A stretch of DNA of 64,000 nt. Source: Candidatus Saccharimonadia bacterium (lineage in GTDB: Bacteria > Patescibacteriota > Saccharimonadia > UBA4664). Where the stretch lies: the NCBI GenBank assembly GCA_038251135.1, contig JBBSBR010000001.1, positions 512 to 64,511 on the forward strand. The letters are read 5' to 3'. Each line of letters begins with the position of its first letter. Position 1 is the first letter of the stretch. Under the pieces are notes generated by a model. The model did no database searches, was not told the DNA's origin, and saw nothing but the letters and a program-made list of their open reading frames with translations. Shown here piece by piece: positions 9,364 through 19,247 of the stretch. Made by a program: the position numbers and the translations under genes.

Positions 9364-9675
9364 CTAAGGCGTTGTCGTCTTGGAAGTCGGCGTCGGGGTA
9401 GACTTCGAGGCGGAAGTAGGTACGGGTGTCGCGGATGGCGAAACATTATCCGTGGCGGCCGGTAGGGCGCTCTCGTTGGCGGCCGGAGTCGAAGGAGACT
9501 GAGCCTCTCGAAGCTGGTTTCGCAAGCTGCTCAGGTTGCCGGACTGGGAGTCAAGCTGCGCCTGCAGATCAGAGTTCTTCGAGTAGAGCATGTAGCCGCC
9601 AATGCCGGCGCCTACCACGAGAACGGCGATTACGAGCCACTGAAACATTACTACTTTGCTATTTGGGTCTTTCAT
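9364..9675 (-). CDS. Small membrane-anchored protein with coiled coil and S/T/P-rich tail
   Basis: N-terminal TM, coiled segment, SPSATPVPTS tail; AGGAG SD. Confidence 0.7.
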   Translation of the reverse strand: MKDPNSKVVMFQWLVIAVLVVGAGIGGYMLYSKNSDLQAQLDSQSGNLSSLRNQLREAQSPSTPAANESALPAATDNVSPSATPVPTSASKSTPTPTSKTTTP

Positions 9676-9694
9676 AAATTCACTCCTAATATTG

Positions 9695-10312
9695 TTACTG
9701 CGACAGGGTCTTCAAAATGGTACTGACCAAAGCGGCATCGGCGGCGGCGGCATCGGCGCGGCCGACGGTACTGGTGGCGCAGGTATTGCCGGGGTTGTTG
9801 TAGTAGTAATACTTATACCCGCCAAGCGCGACTATCAACTTGTTGCTGGACGGAGCCGCTTGGGATGATGGCCGGCGCACCAGTTGGCCCAGCGCCGAAC
9901 CCGGAGCGCAGTTTGGGTACTTGGTCGAAAAACTATCCGACTTAAATCCGGCGACGAGCGCCCCGGTGGTCTGCGAGGCAATCATGGCATAACTCAGGTC
10001 GGTCAGCGGATCGCTCGGCGTCAGCTTAACTCCCATCTCGGGAATCGCCAAACTTGCAGCGGCCGCAACGGCGGCCGGGCTCGGGCTGGGCGAAGGGGTT
10101 GCGCTCGGCTCCGGAGCCGCGCTTGCCGTACCCGCCAATGCATCCTGCTTAACCTGATACCGCAGATCGGTCAATTCGCCCTGGGTCTGGCGCTTGTCGT
10201 CTTGAGCATTCTTATAGATCGAGTAATTAAGATACATCGAAGCGGCGAGCCCCACCGAGAGGGTTGCGATAATAACCGCCGACAATACGCCAATTCCGCC
10301 TTTTTCCGTCAT
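9695..10312 (-). CDS. Membrane-anchored surface protein (TM, SP linker, Cys-containing domain)
   Basis: GGAG-6-ATG at 10312; TM, SPSPSPSP linker, LAIPEMGVKL, two Cys. Confidence 0.7.
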   Translation of the reverse strand: MTEKGGIGVLSAVIIATLSVGLAASMYLNYSIYKNAQDDKRQTQGELTDLRYQVKQDALAGTASAAPEPSATPSPSPSPAAVAAAASLAIPEMGVKLTPSDPLTDLSYAMIASQTTGALVAGFKSDSFSTKYPNCAPGSALGQLVRRPSSQAAPSSNKLIVALGGYKYYYYNNPGNTCATSTVGRADAAAADAALVSTILKTLSQ

Positions 10313-10474
10313 GCTTAACTCCACCATAGACGTTAGTAGTATAACCGTCATCATCTGATAATTGAAGACTTCTCGTGGGTTCGGCTATTGACTGCCGGAC
10401 CGGATGTGATTAGGATATTTAACGCTCGACCATGCCGGCCGTGAGCACTTCCAAGGTCAAAAGGAGACTGGGTT

Positions 10475-10927
10475 ATGCCCTGTGAGATATGCGAGCTGTC
10501 CGATCAGACCGTCAGCCAGGTGATCGACGGTGCCTACTGGACCGCCGTCGTCTCGCCCGACCAGGTCAACCTCGGGCACTGCCTAGTGATCTTGAAGCAC
10601 CACAAGCCAAGCATCAGCAGTCTCGCTGCCCGCGAGGTCGCCGAATGGCACGAGATCGCCAAACAGCTTGAAGACGCAATCGGCGCGGCTTTCGAGCCGA
10701 CGCTGTTCGATTGGACCTGTCTGACGGTTGCGGAGCACAGTCCGGGACGCAACCTCAATCCCCATGTGTTCTGGCACATCATTCCGAGGTACGAAAAGGC
10801 GGCTCGTTTTAACGGCCAAACCTTCTTGGATCCCAACTTCGGACACCGCTACGAGCTCGACCGGCGCATTTCCGAACCGGCCCTCACGACAAAAATTGCC
10901 TCGACGATCCGCCGCTCTATCCCCTAG
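10475..10927 (+). CDS. HIT family hydrolase
   Basis: CEIC, LGHCLVILKHH, PHVFWHIIPRY (variant HIT motif); AAGGAG SD. Confidence 0.85.
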   Translation: MPCEICELSDQTVSQVIDGAYWTAVVSPDQVNLGHCLVILKHHKPSISSLAAREVAEWHEIAKQLEDAIGAAFEPTLFDWTCLTVAEHSPGRNLNPHVFWHIIPRYEKAARFNGQTFLDPNFGHRYELDRRISEPALTTKIASTIRRSIP

Positions 10928-11035
10928 CCTAGCGCTGGGGTTTTTCATGACTTAGGTAAAAGATATCGTTGCAAAAATTTACCCGCGTGGCATAGTATGC
11001 TCAGTCCTTTTACAAAACGCCGGGAGGAGAAGACA

Positions 11036-11758
11036 ATGGTCGCCCATGCCCCCACCGCTTACCAGCCGCGAAACAGCTCGATGGATAATCTCTATGGGGC
11101 CCTTCTGCGCCCGGCTTGGCCCTACCTTGAAGCTCGACGCCGGAGAACCTGGGTCCGCCAACTGCCGAACTCCCTGACTACGATCCGGATGGTTCTGGCA
11201 TGGCCGGTTGCGTTCCAACTTGGTAAAGCGGTCAAATCCGATTCCGGCGCGTGGACGATGACGGTCTGGATTCTGGCCGTCGTAGCTCTCTTTGCCTCCG
11301 ACGGACTCGACGGCACCTTGGCCAACCGGCTCCGGATCACTACCGGTTACGGGCGCATCGCAGATCCCATCGCCGACAAGGTCTTGGTCTTCGGCCTGAT
11401 GGTGGTCTTTGTCGAGACCGGAGTTCAGCTCCTGCCAACAAACCTCTCGACGGCCTTGATTATCCTCGTGGTAATCCGGGTAGCGATCGATGCGGCGCTC
11501 ATTGCAGTGACCCTGGCCGAAGCGGTTAAGAAACGTCGACCCAAGGCCGAAAAGTGGGGCAAGCGCAAGCTTGCCACCGATGCTCTGACGACCGTACTGC
11601 TAACCGGCGGCCTCTGGCTGGCATCGAGTCACTACCCGCGCCCGGGAAATACTCTGGTCGCCGGTGGGTGCGCCTTGCTTTCGGTCGCAGCCTATCTGGG
11701 CGTCCGCAGCATTCACGGCCACTGGCTAAATCTCCGCGGCACCGCAACGGCCCCCTGA
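11036..11758 (+). CDS. CDP-alcohol phosphatidyltransferase (PgsA-like)
   Basis: LPNSLTTIR and SDGLDGTLANRLRITTGYGRIADPIADK signature; GGAGGAG SD. Confidence 0.9.
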   Translation: MVAHAPTAYQPRNSSMDNLYGALLRPAWPYLEARRRRTWVRQLPNSLTTIRMVLAWPVAFQLGKAVKSDSGAWTMTVWILAVVALFASDGLDGTLANRLRITTGYGRIADPIADKVLVFGLMVVFVETGVQLLPTNLSTALIILVVIRVAIDAALIAVTLAEAVKKRRPKAEKWGKRKLATDALTTVLLTGGLWLASSHYPRPGNTLVAGGCALLSVAAYLGVRSIHGHWLNLRGTATAP

Positions 11759-11800
11759 CTTCATTTGTCGGGCGGCCGCTTTTTTTGTAATAATCAGGTG

Positions 11801-13687
11801 CTAGGAGACCAACCCGGCCTTGATACGCCGTACGCCCGAGCTCGACGATTCCTCTTTGAGTATCTTGAATCTTTTGCCGTCGGCCGCTAATGCGCCGGTG
11901 TGCTCCACGTGCGGTCCGCCGCATATCTCCTTGGAGTACCAGTCGCCGTCCGGATCACCGGCCGTATAGACTTTGACCGTATCACCGTACTTGTCGCCAA
12001 ATGCCCCCAACGCGCCTTCCGCAAAAGCCTGTTCCGTCGGAATCTCGCGAAAGCCCATCGGCCAATCCTTGGTTATCTGTTCATTAACGATTTGCTCAAC
12101 TTTGGCGACCTGCTCAGTCGTCATCTTTTCGCCATGGCTAAAATCAAAGCGCAGCCGTTCAGGGGTAATATTGCTCCCCCGCTGAACCACGTGGTCGCCG
12201 AGAACCAGCCGCAGTGCTTTGTAAAGCAAGTGGGTCGCCGTATGGTACTTGACCGACATCTCGCTATGGTCGGCCAGTCCGCCTTTGAATTGGCCGGCAC
12301 TGGCGGTCCGGGAGCGCTCTTTCTGCTCGGCCATCAACCGGTCGAAGTCCTGGCGCCAATCAATATCGATATCGATCTGCCGCTCTTTGGCCTCTTCGAT
12401 GGTCAGCTCCCACGGGAAGCCGTAGGTGTCGGACAACAAGAATATGCTCTCGCCGTTCAAACTACCGTTCGAGAGTTTTTCAAACTCCCGCACGCCCCGC
12501 TCGAGAGTCTTGCGGAACTGCGCCTCCTCCCGAACCAGCACGTCGATCACCTCGAACTCTCGCTGGGCAACCTCGGGATAATCGTCACGGTAGAGTTTGG
12601 TAATGACCGGGATTGCGTGTTTCAAAAAATCATCGGTGAGGCCGAGGGCATGGGCCTGGCGGATGGCTCGTCGGACCAGCCTCCGGAGGACATAACCTTG
12701 TTGATTGTTGCTCGGCACCACCCCGTCGACGGCCAGGAAGGTAGCGGCGCGCAGATGGTCGGCAATGATACGCATGGGGGCGGTACTCGTCTCGTATGAC
12801 TTGCCGGACAGTTTCTCAAGCTCGACGATGATCGGCCAGATCAGGCTGATCCGGTAGACATCCGGCGAGTCGATGGCGGCCGCCGCAATTCTCTCCAAAC
12901 CCGACCCGTGGTCAATATTTTGGCTCTTTAAAGGCACGAATGATTTTTGCGTTTCTTTGACATAGGTCATAAAGACATTATTGCCCAGCTCCATAAACCG
13001 GCCGCAGTCACAGTTGGGGTGGCAATGCTCGCCAAATTCAGGATCATGCGGGGTGCCAAAATCGTAGAACATCTCCGAGTCCGGACCGCACGGATCGCCG
13101 ATCGGCGTAGTGGCCGGCTTGCCGCCGCGACTCCACCAGTTTTTTGATCCGTCGTAGTAGAAAATTCGCTCATCCTTATGCATGCCACGGCCGTAGCCGG
13201 CCGCTTCGGAACCTATCTCGGCCACCTTGGCCTTAATTCCCTTCGTCTCGAACAGACGCTGCCAAATCTCGGCGGCTTCGGCGTCTTTGGCAATGCCGAA
13301 CTCCGGCGCCCCGATAAAGCAGGTAACATATATCTTATTCGGATCCAGGCCTACGATCTCAGTCAAAAATTCAAACATCCACGGGATCTGCTCATCCTTA
13401 AAGTATGCCCCAAAACTCCAATTACCGAGCATTTCAAAAAATGTCGTGTGGCGATTGTCGCCGATCTCTTCAATGTCCTCGGCTCGAAAGGCCGGTTGCG
13501 AATCTACGACCCTGTCCCCCGCCGGATGCCGGGTCCCGAGCAGGTATGGCAGCAGCGGCTGCATGCCGCTGCCCGTGAAGAGCGTCGTCGCGTCTTCTTG
13601 CGGCACTAAATTGGCGCGAGGAATCACTACATGCCGGCGTTCGGCAAAGAATTTCAGGTAGGCTGAGCGAATTTCTTGGGTTGTCAT
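11801..13687 (-). CDS. alaS: Alanine--tRNA ligase (short form lacking C-Ala)
   Basis: LFTGSGMQPL, HTTFFEMLGNWS, DHGSGLERI, HTATHLL, EICGGPHV, GVRRIKA. Confidence 0.97.
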   Translation of the reverse strand: MTTQEIRSAYLKFFAERRHVVIPRANLVPQEDATTLFTGSGMQPLLPYLLGTRHPAGDRVVDSQPAFRAEDIEEIGDNRHTTFFEMLGNWSFGAYFKDEQIPWMFEFLTEIVGLDPNKIYVTCFIGAPEFGIAKDAEAAEIWQRLFETKGIKAKVAEIGSEAAGYGRGMHKDERIFYYDGSKNWWSRGGKPATTPIGDPCGPDSEMFYDFGTPHDPEFGEHCHPNCDCGRFMELGNNVFMTYVKETQKSFVPLKSQNIDHGSGLERIAAAAIDSPDVYRISLIWPIIVELEKLSGKSYETSTAPMRIIADHLRAATFLAVDGVVPSNNQQGYVLRRLVRRAIRQAHALGLTDDFLKHAIPVITKLYRDDYPEVAQREFEVIDVLVREEAQFRKTLERGVREFEKLSNGSLNGESIFLLSDTYGFPWELTIEEAKERQIDIDIDWRQDFDRLMAEQKERSRTASAGQFKGGLADHSEMSVKYHTATHLLYKALRLVLGDHVVQRGSNITPERLRFDFSHGEKMTTEQVAKVEQIVNEQITKDWPMGFREIPTEQAFAEGALGAFGDKYGDTVKVYTAGDPDGDWYSKEICGGPHVEHTGALAADGKRFKILKEESSSSGVRRIKAGLVS

Positions 13688-13822
13688 AGGTAGTATTGTA
13701 GCAAAATGATCTGTTGATATGAAAAATTAACCAGTTTCGACACGGAAAAGAGCGGCTTCACACCTGGTGAAACCGCTCTGATCCAATCGCATTTTCGGTG
13801 AAAGTTGCCATCCGCTCTCTCC

Positions 13823-14155
13823 TTAGCAAGCTTGAGAAAGTCCGGGCGACGATCGATTCTCGGTTGCTGCATCCGCAGGCATCGTCGGGTGGTCGAGCCA
13901 GTCCATAAGCCGGGCGGTATCGTTGCCGGCTGCAAGCGGGCGGTAGATCTCAAGCCACTCGGCCAGCCATGCCTCGCTGATGTTCCAGTAGTTGCATAGC
14001 CGCTGCAAACGATCACGATCATTTGCCCTGAGCTCTTGGAATGCGATCTTGGTCAGAAAGATCTTCACCGCCCCGGCCAGATCCGGGATCGTCTCCCCGG
14101 CCGGGATTTGGATCGCTGCCAGTTTCGCGTACCACTGCGCGACATCATTGCACAT
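13823..14155 (-). CDS. Hypothetical protein
   Basis: Strong SD GGAGAGGAGGTG before ATG 14155; fills the alaS-mnmA gap; no recognised motif. Confidence 0.55.
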   Translation of the reverse strand: MCNDVAQWYAKLAAIQIPAGETIPDLAGAVKIFLTKIAFQELRANDRDRLQRLCNYWNISEAWLAEWLEIYRPLAAGNDTARLMDWLDHPTMPADAATENRSSPGLSQAC

Positions 14156-14237
14156 GACCTTCACCTCCTCTCCCAATGAAAGGTACGATTGGACGTAGGT
14201 AATTCTAGAATACAAATTTACGGGAATACATTGTCAC

Positions 14238-15281
14238 TTATTCCAAACTAATTAGGCCGCCACCGACCACCCTTTCATGATCGTAGACAACCGCCGATTG
14301 GCCGCCGGCGACGGCCCGCTCGGCACGCTCAAGGCGAACCGTCGCTCGGTTGACCTTCATCGAGAGCGTACCGGGGATCAGCGCACCGCGATGGCGCAGG
14401 CGCAGTCGATACGTTCGGCCGGTTTCCGGCGCATCATCAATCCAGTGGAGGTTTGTCAGGCCAAATTCGGCCGTCGCCAATTCGAGATCATTGGGATTAT
14501 CCGTGACGGTAACGGTATTGGCGGCCATATCTTTGGCGAGCACATAATACGGTCCGCCTCCGCCGATCCCCAGACCCTGACGCTGACCGACGGTATAGAA
14601 GACGGCACCCTCATGGGTACCGATTTTGGCGCCGTCACGATTCAAAATGCTCCCAGGCGTCGCAGCGATATATTGCCCCAGAAAGGCCTTGATACCCACT
14701 TCACCCACAAAACAGATCCCCTGTGAGTCAGGCTTATTGGCAGTGGGCAGGTCAAATTCAACAGCCAGCTGTCGGACTTCGGGTTTCGTCAGATCCCCCA
14801 ACGGAAAGATCGTCCGTGCCAGCGCCGCAGGTGTAATGCGGTAGAGAAAGTAACTTTGGTCCTTATTGGCATCGATCCCCATGGCGAGCCGACCGTCGAG
14901 GTTGCGTGCATAATGGCCAGTCGCGATCAGATCGGCACCGTCGGCCAGCGCCGCATCGAGAAAGAGTTTGAATTTAATCTCCTGATTACACATGATATCC
15001 GGATTAGGCGTTCGTCCGGCCTGATACTCCGCTATCATCGCGTCCACGACTTTTTCTTTGTATTCCGACTGAAAGTCAAAAAACTTAAAGGGAATGTCGA
15101 CCGCCACGGCCGCCGCGCGCGCATCGGCTAAGTCCTGCTTCCAGGGACAAGCGATACCGGCGACATCCAGCGTCCAATTCTTCATATAGACGCCCACGAC
15201 CTTATAGCCCTGCTGAACCAGCAAGGCGGCCGCTACCGACGAATCAACTCCGCCGCTCATTCCAACGTAGACCTTTTTCAT
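14238..15281 (-). CDS. mnmA: tRNA 2-thiouridylase
   Basis: MSGGVDSS, TPNPDIMCN, ATGHYAR, KDQSYFL, DSQGICF, GQRQG. Confidence 0.97.
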   Translation of the reverse strand: MKKVYVGMSGGVDSSVAAALLVQQGYKVVGVYMKNWTLDVAGIACPWKQDLADARAAAVAVDIPFKFFDFQSEYKEKVVDAMIAEYQAGRTPNPDIMCNQEIKFKLFLDAALADGADLIATGHYARNLDGRLAMGIDANKDQSYFLYRITPAALARTIFPLGDLTKPEVRQLAVEFDLPTANKPDSQGICFVGEVGIKAFLGQYIAATPGSILNRDGAKIGTHEGAVFYTVGQRQGLGIGGGGPYYVLAKDMAANTVTVTDNPNDLELATAEFGLTNLHWIDDAPETGRTYRLRLRHRGALIPGTLSMKVNRATVRLERAERAVAGGQSAVVYDHERVVGGGLISLE

Positions 15282-15314
15282 AACTGCTAGATTCTACGGC
15301 AATTAGGGAGAAAA

Positions 15315-15647
15315 TTAAATAGCCTTACCTGTGTCGGTATTTGGATGAATCACTTTGAGCCGTTCGACATCGCGTGAATCCTCGATGAGGGCGGTACGCA
15401 TCAGACGTTGCTCTTCTTTGATCTCGACGACCTCGGACTTCAGTTCGCCAACGTCCGTCTTCAGTATCGCGACGTCCGTCTTCAGCACCGCGACGTCCTC
15501 CTTAAGTACGGCGACATCGTCTTTCAGAACTGCGATATCCTCCTTCATTACGGGGATATCGCTCACATACTCCATAATGGCATCGAATTTGCCGTTCATA
15601 TCTTCCAACAAAACTTGGGTTCGATCATCGTCACGCACAGCCGCCAA
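15315..15647 (-). CDS. Heptad-repeat coiled-coil protein
   Basis: Repeated D[IV]AVLK[ETD] heptads; VLLEDM..KFD N-terminus. Confidence 0.75.
   Translation of the reverse strand: MAAVRDDDRTQVLLEDMNGKFDAIMEYVSDIPVMKEDIAVLKDDVAVLKEDVAVLKTDVAILKTDVGELKSEVVEIKEEQRLMRTALIEDSRDVERLKVIHPNTDTGKAI
15450..15555. repeat. Degenerate 21-bp tandem repeats (coding heptads)
   Basis: gacgtccgtcttcagtatcgc / gacgtccgtcttcagcaccgc / gacgtcctccttaagtacggc / gacatcgtctttcagaactgc. Confidence 0.8.
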
Positions 15648-15722
15648 CTCCTCATTACCCTTATCTTACAGGCTTAGCCAGTTTGATTATACCGAACAAA
15701 AGCCGTAAATACGATACGACCG

Positions 15723-16688
15723 TTAATCGGTAAAGTCCTGCGTAATCATCAGTCCGTATATGCCGGCGTCAATAATCCCAATCCCAACGGTCGAATAATT
15801 GCTGGACAGAATATTCGCCCGATGGCCCGGTGAATTCATAAGACCCTGATGTGCCAGTTGCAGGGTCGGGGCCAAGGCCAGATTCTCCCCGGCCGAGCCA
15901 AACTTCACGCCCCCGACCCGCATGCGATCAAACGGCGAATGTCCGTCGGGATCAATATGCGAGAAAAAACCCTCGGCCAGCATCCGCTTGGAGTAATCCC
16001 GCGCCACCGCTCTGGCCTTGAGGTTTAGCGTCAGCGCCTTAAGACCGCGCGATGTTCGCTCGCGGTTAACGAGAATCAGCATTTGCTGTTCGCTCGCCTC
16101 GTCCACCACACCGTTGGTAGTCGTAAAACCCAGGTTTATCCGTTGCTCGCTCTCCGGCTCCGACGTCACGGTGAAGAAGTTCAGGCTCTCGCCCAAGTCG
16201 CGTCCAAGTGTGCCGGCCAGCGTCTGCTGGAGGCTGCCGGAGGTCTGGAGCAGCAGATGAGGAATGAGGGCGTTGGTAACCGGCTGCTTGGTACTCGCCG
16301 TCAATGGCAGGCTCGCAAAAAGGCTCAAACCCAGCGTTACAAGGATCAGCATCTTCGCGGCATTCAAGATACCGCCGATTATCTGCGATGGTAAATTGAG
16401 CCGAAAAAGGCCTTTGTAACGGCGAATAATTCCATATCTCAAGATGACTGCGAGCAGCAGCTCCGCTATGACCCAGATGATCAGGTAAGCTGCCACATCA
16501 GCCAAGGCGAGCGAGATACCGGTTTGTGCTTTTAGGAAGGCGCCGAGAGCCTGATACCCCACAAATGCGAAGGTTGTAGCGAGTATGAAACTGACGAGCT
16601 CCAAAGCGACGAGAGCGCCGCCACGGCGACTGCCCAAAAAGGCCGCGTAGCCCAAGATGGCGATAATTATAAGGTCGACGGCAATCAC
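15723..16688 (-). CDS. CvpA-family membrane domain fused to a CAP/SCP domain
   Basis: VDLIIIAIL..G.RRG..GGILN CvpA; VNRER..FFSH..GENLA..LMNSPGHRANIL CAP. Confidence 0.88.
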   Translation of the reverse strand: MIAVDLIIIAILGYAAFLGSRRGGALVALELVSFILATTFAFVGYQALGAFLKAQTGISLALADVAAYLIIWVIAELLLAVILRYGIIRRYKGLFRLNLPSQIIGGILNAAKMLILVTLGLSLFASLPLTASTKQPVTNALIPHLLLQTSGSLQQTLAGTLGRDLGESLNFFTVTSEPESEQRINLGFTTTNGVVDEASEQQMLILVNRERTSRGLKALTLNLKARAVARDYSKRMLAEGFFSHIDPDGHSPFDRMRVGGVKFGSAGENLALAPTLQLAHQGLMNSPGHRANILSSNYSTVGIGIIDAGIYGLMITQDFTD

Positions 16689-17275
16689 TTGCCGCCTACC
16701 AGCTCTTCATAGACCACCTTCTGAAACTCTGACAGCGTCAGGCTGCGGCTGTAGGGGGTAGCCCACCAAGCCGATCTGCGCCACGACTGATCATAGGATG
16801 AATGATTAATAATTACCGCGTCCGGACCGAGGGCCCGCTGAAAGATAATGAGCGCCCGCCGTTGATGGTATGGCGAAGTCACAAGGATGGCGGACTTGAG
16901 TCCGGCACTTTTCATGATGACCGCCACGTTCGCGGCATTTTCGCGGGTGTCGATCGAGGACTCGTCCATATAGATATCACTCGCCGGAACGCCCTCTTTC
17001 TCGGCTGCCAGCGCCATAGTCCGGGCATTTGACGGGCTGTTCGGGTCGAAGGCCGCACCGGAAAATATAAGCTTGGGAGCCCAGCCGTCGCGATACAGTT
17101 TAACCGCCTCTTGGGTTCTGGCCGCTGTCTCGCCGCCGCTGATCGCAATGATCACATCGGCCTTGGCGAGTTTGGACTGCGGGGAAAGATAAAAACCGAC
17201 AAACACCAACCCGATCGCAGCCAAGACCACGACCAGGAGAATGACTGAACTGAATATCACCGCCCAACGTTTCAT
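16685..17275 (-). CDS. YdcF/DUF218 (ElyC/SanA-like) protein
   Basis: DVIIAISGG, LIFSG, ESSIDTRENA, LVTSPYHQRRA. Confidence 0.9.
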   Translation of the reverse strand: MKRWAVIFSSVILLVVVLAAIGLVFVGFYLSPQSKLAKADVIIAISGGETAARTQEAVKLYRDGWAPKLIFSGAAFDPNSPSNARTMALAAEKEGVPASDIYMDESSIDTRENAANVAVIMKSAGLKSAILVTSPYHQRRALIIFQRALGPDAVIINHSSYDQSWRRSAWWATPYSRSLTLSEFQKVVYEELVGGK

Positions 17276-17305
17276 ACCTCTGTATTGTAGCAAGCGAAGC
17301 GAGGC

Positions 17306-18487
17306 CTACGCCAATTCTCGTACCCGTTCAACGATTTTCGGCAGTTCTTGAATAACCCGACCGATAACCCGATCGTCGGTCGATCGGCCAAACGTCAGAC
17401 GCAGACTCGCGTCCGCTTCGGTAGTCGTGCGGCCCAAGGCGAGAAGGACATGCGACGGCTCGAGGTCGCCGCTCGAGCAGGCCGATCCGGTGGAAGCCAT
17501 AATACCTGCCTTGTCCAGATAGAGTACGAGGGCTTCGCCGTCGGCGCCGGGGATCATAAAGTTTAGGTTATTTGGCAGGCGGTGCTTCAGGTCGCCGTTC
17601 AGGATGATACCGGGGATGAGCTCATGCAATTTGGCGTTCAGGCCGTCACGGAACTGAGACAAACGCCGGCTCTCGGTTTCGCGTTCGCGGGCGGCCAATT
17701 TCAAAGCAGCAGCCAGACCGACGATTCCCGCCACGTTCTCGGTTCCGCTGCGCCGTCCGCGCTCCTGACCGCCGCCATAAACCAACGGCTCAAGTATTAC
17801 GCCGTGGCGAACGTAGAGCAACCCGGAACCCTTCGGGCCGTAGATCTTCGAGCCGTTGATTGTCATGAGGTCGACATTGGTGCGGCTGACGTGCAGGTCC
17901 AGGTAGCCCGCTGCTTGGCAAGCATCGGTATGAAGGTAGATAGGCAGCCCGATCCCCCGCCGGTGACGGTCGTCGCGAATATCCGCAATCATCCGCGCGG
18001 TATCGACTACCGGCTGGATCGTTCCAATTTCATTGTTGGCAAGCATGAGGCTTACCAGTACGGTAGCATCGGTTACGGCAGCGCGCAGACGCTCGGTATC
18101 GACTATCCCCTTGTCCGATACCGGTACCACCGCGGCCTCATGGCCGCTTCTGCGCATCGGTTCAATACAACCCAAAACCGCGTCGTGTTCAATTGCCGAG
18201 GTCACCCAATGCGCTCCGGGATGGGCACGCAGAACTCCCTGGATGGCCAGATTATCGCTCTCCGTACCGCCGCCGGTAAATATTATTTCGGTTGGTTTAG
18301 CTCCCAGAGTATCGGCAATCGTAGCCCTGGATGATTCGACCGCAAAACGTGTCGCCCGGGCTGCACCATAAACGCTCGAGGGATTGGCGTACTCGGTCGT
18401 AAAGTACGGCTGCATCGCCTCAAGGACTCTTGGATCAATCGGCGTCGTCGCGGCGTGGTCGAGATAAATCGGCTGGGATTTTGGCAT
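17306..18487 (-). CDS. iscS: Cysteine desulfurase (IscS/NifS type)
   Basis: YLDHAATTP, ANPSS, NNEIG, HTDACQ, SKIYGPKG, RSGTENV, STGSACSS. Confidence 0.95.
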   Translation of the reverse strand: MPKSQPIYLDHAATTPIDPRVLEAMQPYFTTEYANPSSVYGAARATRFAVESSRATIADTLGAKPTEIIFTGGGTESDNLAIQGVLRAHPGAHWVTSAIEHDAVLGCIEPMRRSGHEAAVVPVSDKGIVDTERLRAAVTDATVLVSLMLANNEIGTIQPVVDTARMIADIRDDRHRRGIGLPIYLHTDACQAAGYLDLHVSRTNVDLMTINGSKIYGPKGSGLLYVRHGVILEPLVYGGGQERGRRSGTENVAGIVGLAAALKLAARERETESRRLSQFRDGLNAKLHELIPGIILNGDLKHRLPNNLNFMIPGADGEALVLYLDKAGIMASTGSACSSGDLEPSHVLLALGRTTTEADASLRLTFGRSTDDRVIGRVIQELPKIVERVRELA

Positions 18488-18489
18488 AG

Positions 18490-19245
18490 CTAAATCCTAA
18501 AGAGCCGTTCGGCATTATGCGTGGTGGCCGACGACAGGTCTTCGAGCGGTTCCCCTCGCAAATTAGCCAAAAATTCGGCCGTAAAGGCGGTAAATGCCGG
18601 CTCGTTCGGTTTGCCGCGTTTGGGTACCGGCGCCAGAAACGGCGAGTCGGTTTCAAGTAAGAGCCTATTAAGCGGAACCCGCCGGGCGGCTTCGAGTTGC
18701 TGCGGGACTTTGGTGAAAGTCATAATGCCGTTTAATGCCACATAGAGCCCCCGCTCAATTGCCACCTCCATCTCCGTCACACCCGCCGTAAAGCTGTGAA
18801 CCACTCCGCGGACATCATCGTACTCGTCGAGAATCCGATAGAAATCATCGAAAGCTTCGCGGACATGAAAAACCATCGCCAAATCGCGCTCTAGGGCCAG
18901 TTCGATCTGATAACGAAATGCCCGTTCCTGGGCGTACTTGTCGTAACCTTCACGATAGTAATCAAGTCCGCACTCCCCTATCGCCACGACCTTTTCAAAC
19001 TCCGCCAACCGAGCGATCTCATCGAGCGCCTCGTAGCCGCGATCGGCCTCGTCGGGATGCAGCCCTACCGATGCCCAGATGTGCTCGTAGGCTTTGGCGA
19101 CCGCAATCGCTTCGGCACTGTCGTCTTCTTCGACGCCAATCGTTATGATCTTCATGACGCCGGCTTCATGAGCGCGCTCAAGAATACCGTCGAGCTCGTC
19201 GCGGGCATCATGGAAATGAATGTGGGCGTGGGTATCAATCAGCAT
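18490..19245 (-). CDS. tatD: TatD family DNase
   Basis: IDTHAH, GLHP, AIGECGLDY, HSF, LLETDSPFLAP. Confidence 0.95.
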   Translation of the reverse strand: MLIDTHAHIHFHDARDELDGILERAHEAGVMKIITIGVEEDDSAEAIAVAKAYEHIWASVGLHPDEADRGYEALDEIARLAEFEKVVAIGECGLDYYREGYDKYAQERAFRYQIELALERDLAMVFHVREAFDDFYRILDEYDDVRGVVHSFTAGVTEMEVAIERGLYVALNGIMTFTKVPQQLEAARRVPLNRLLLETDSPFLAPVPKRGKPNEPAFTAFTAEFLANLRGEPLEDLSSATTHNAERLFRI

Positions 19246-19247
19246 GA

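Noticed and set aside
15450-15555. CRISPR-like repeat array
   Set aside because: Contiguous in-frame 21-bp degenerate units with no spacers; no cas genes in the window.
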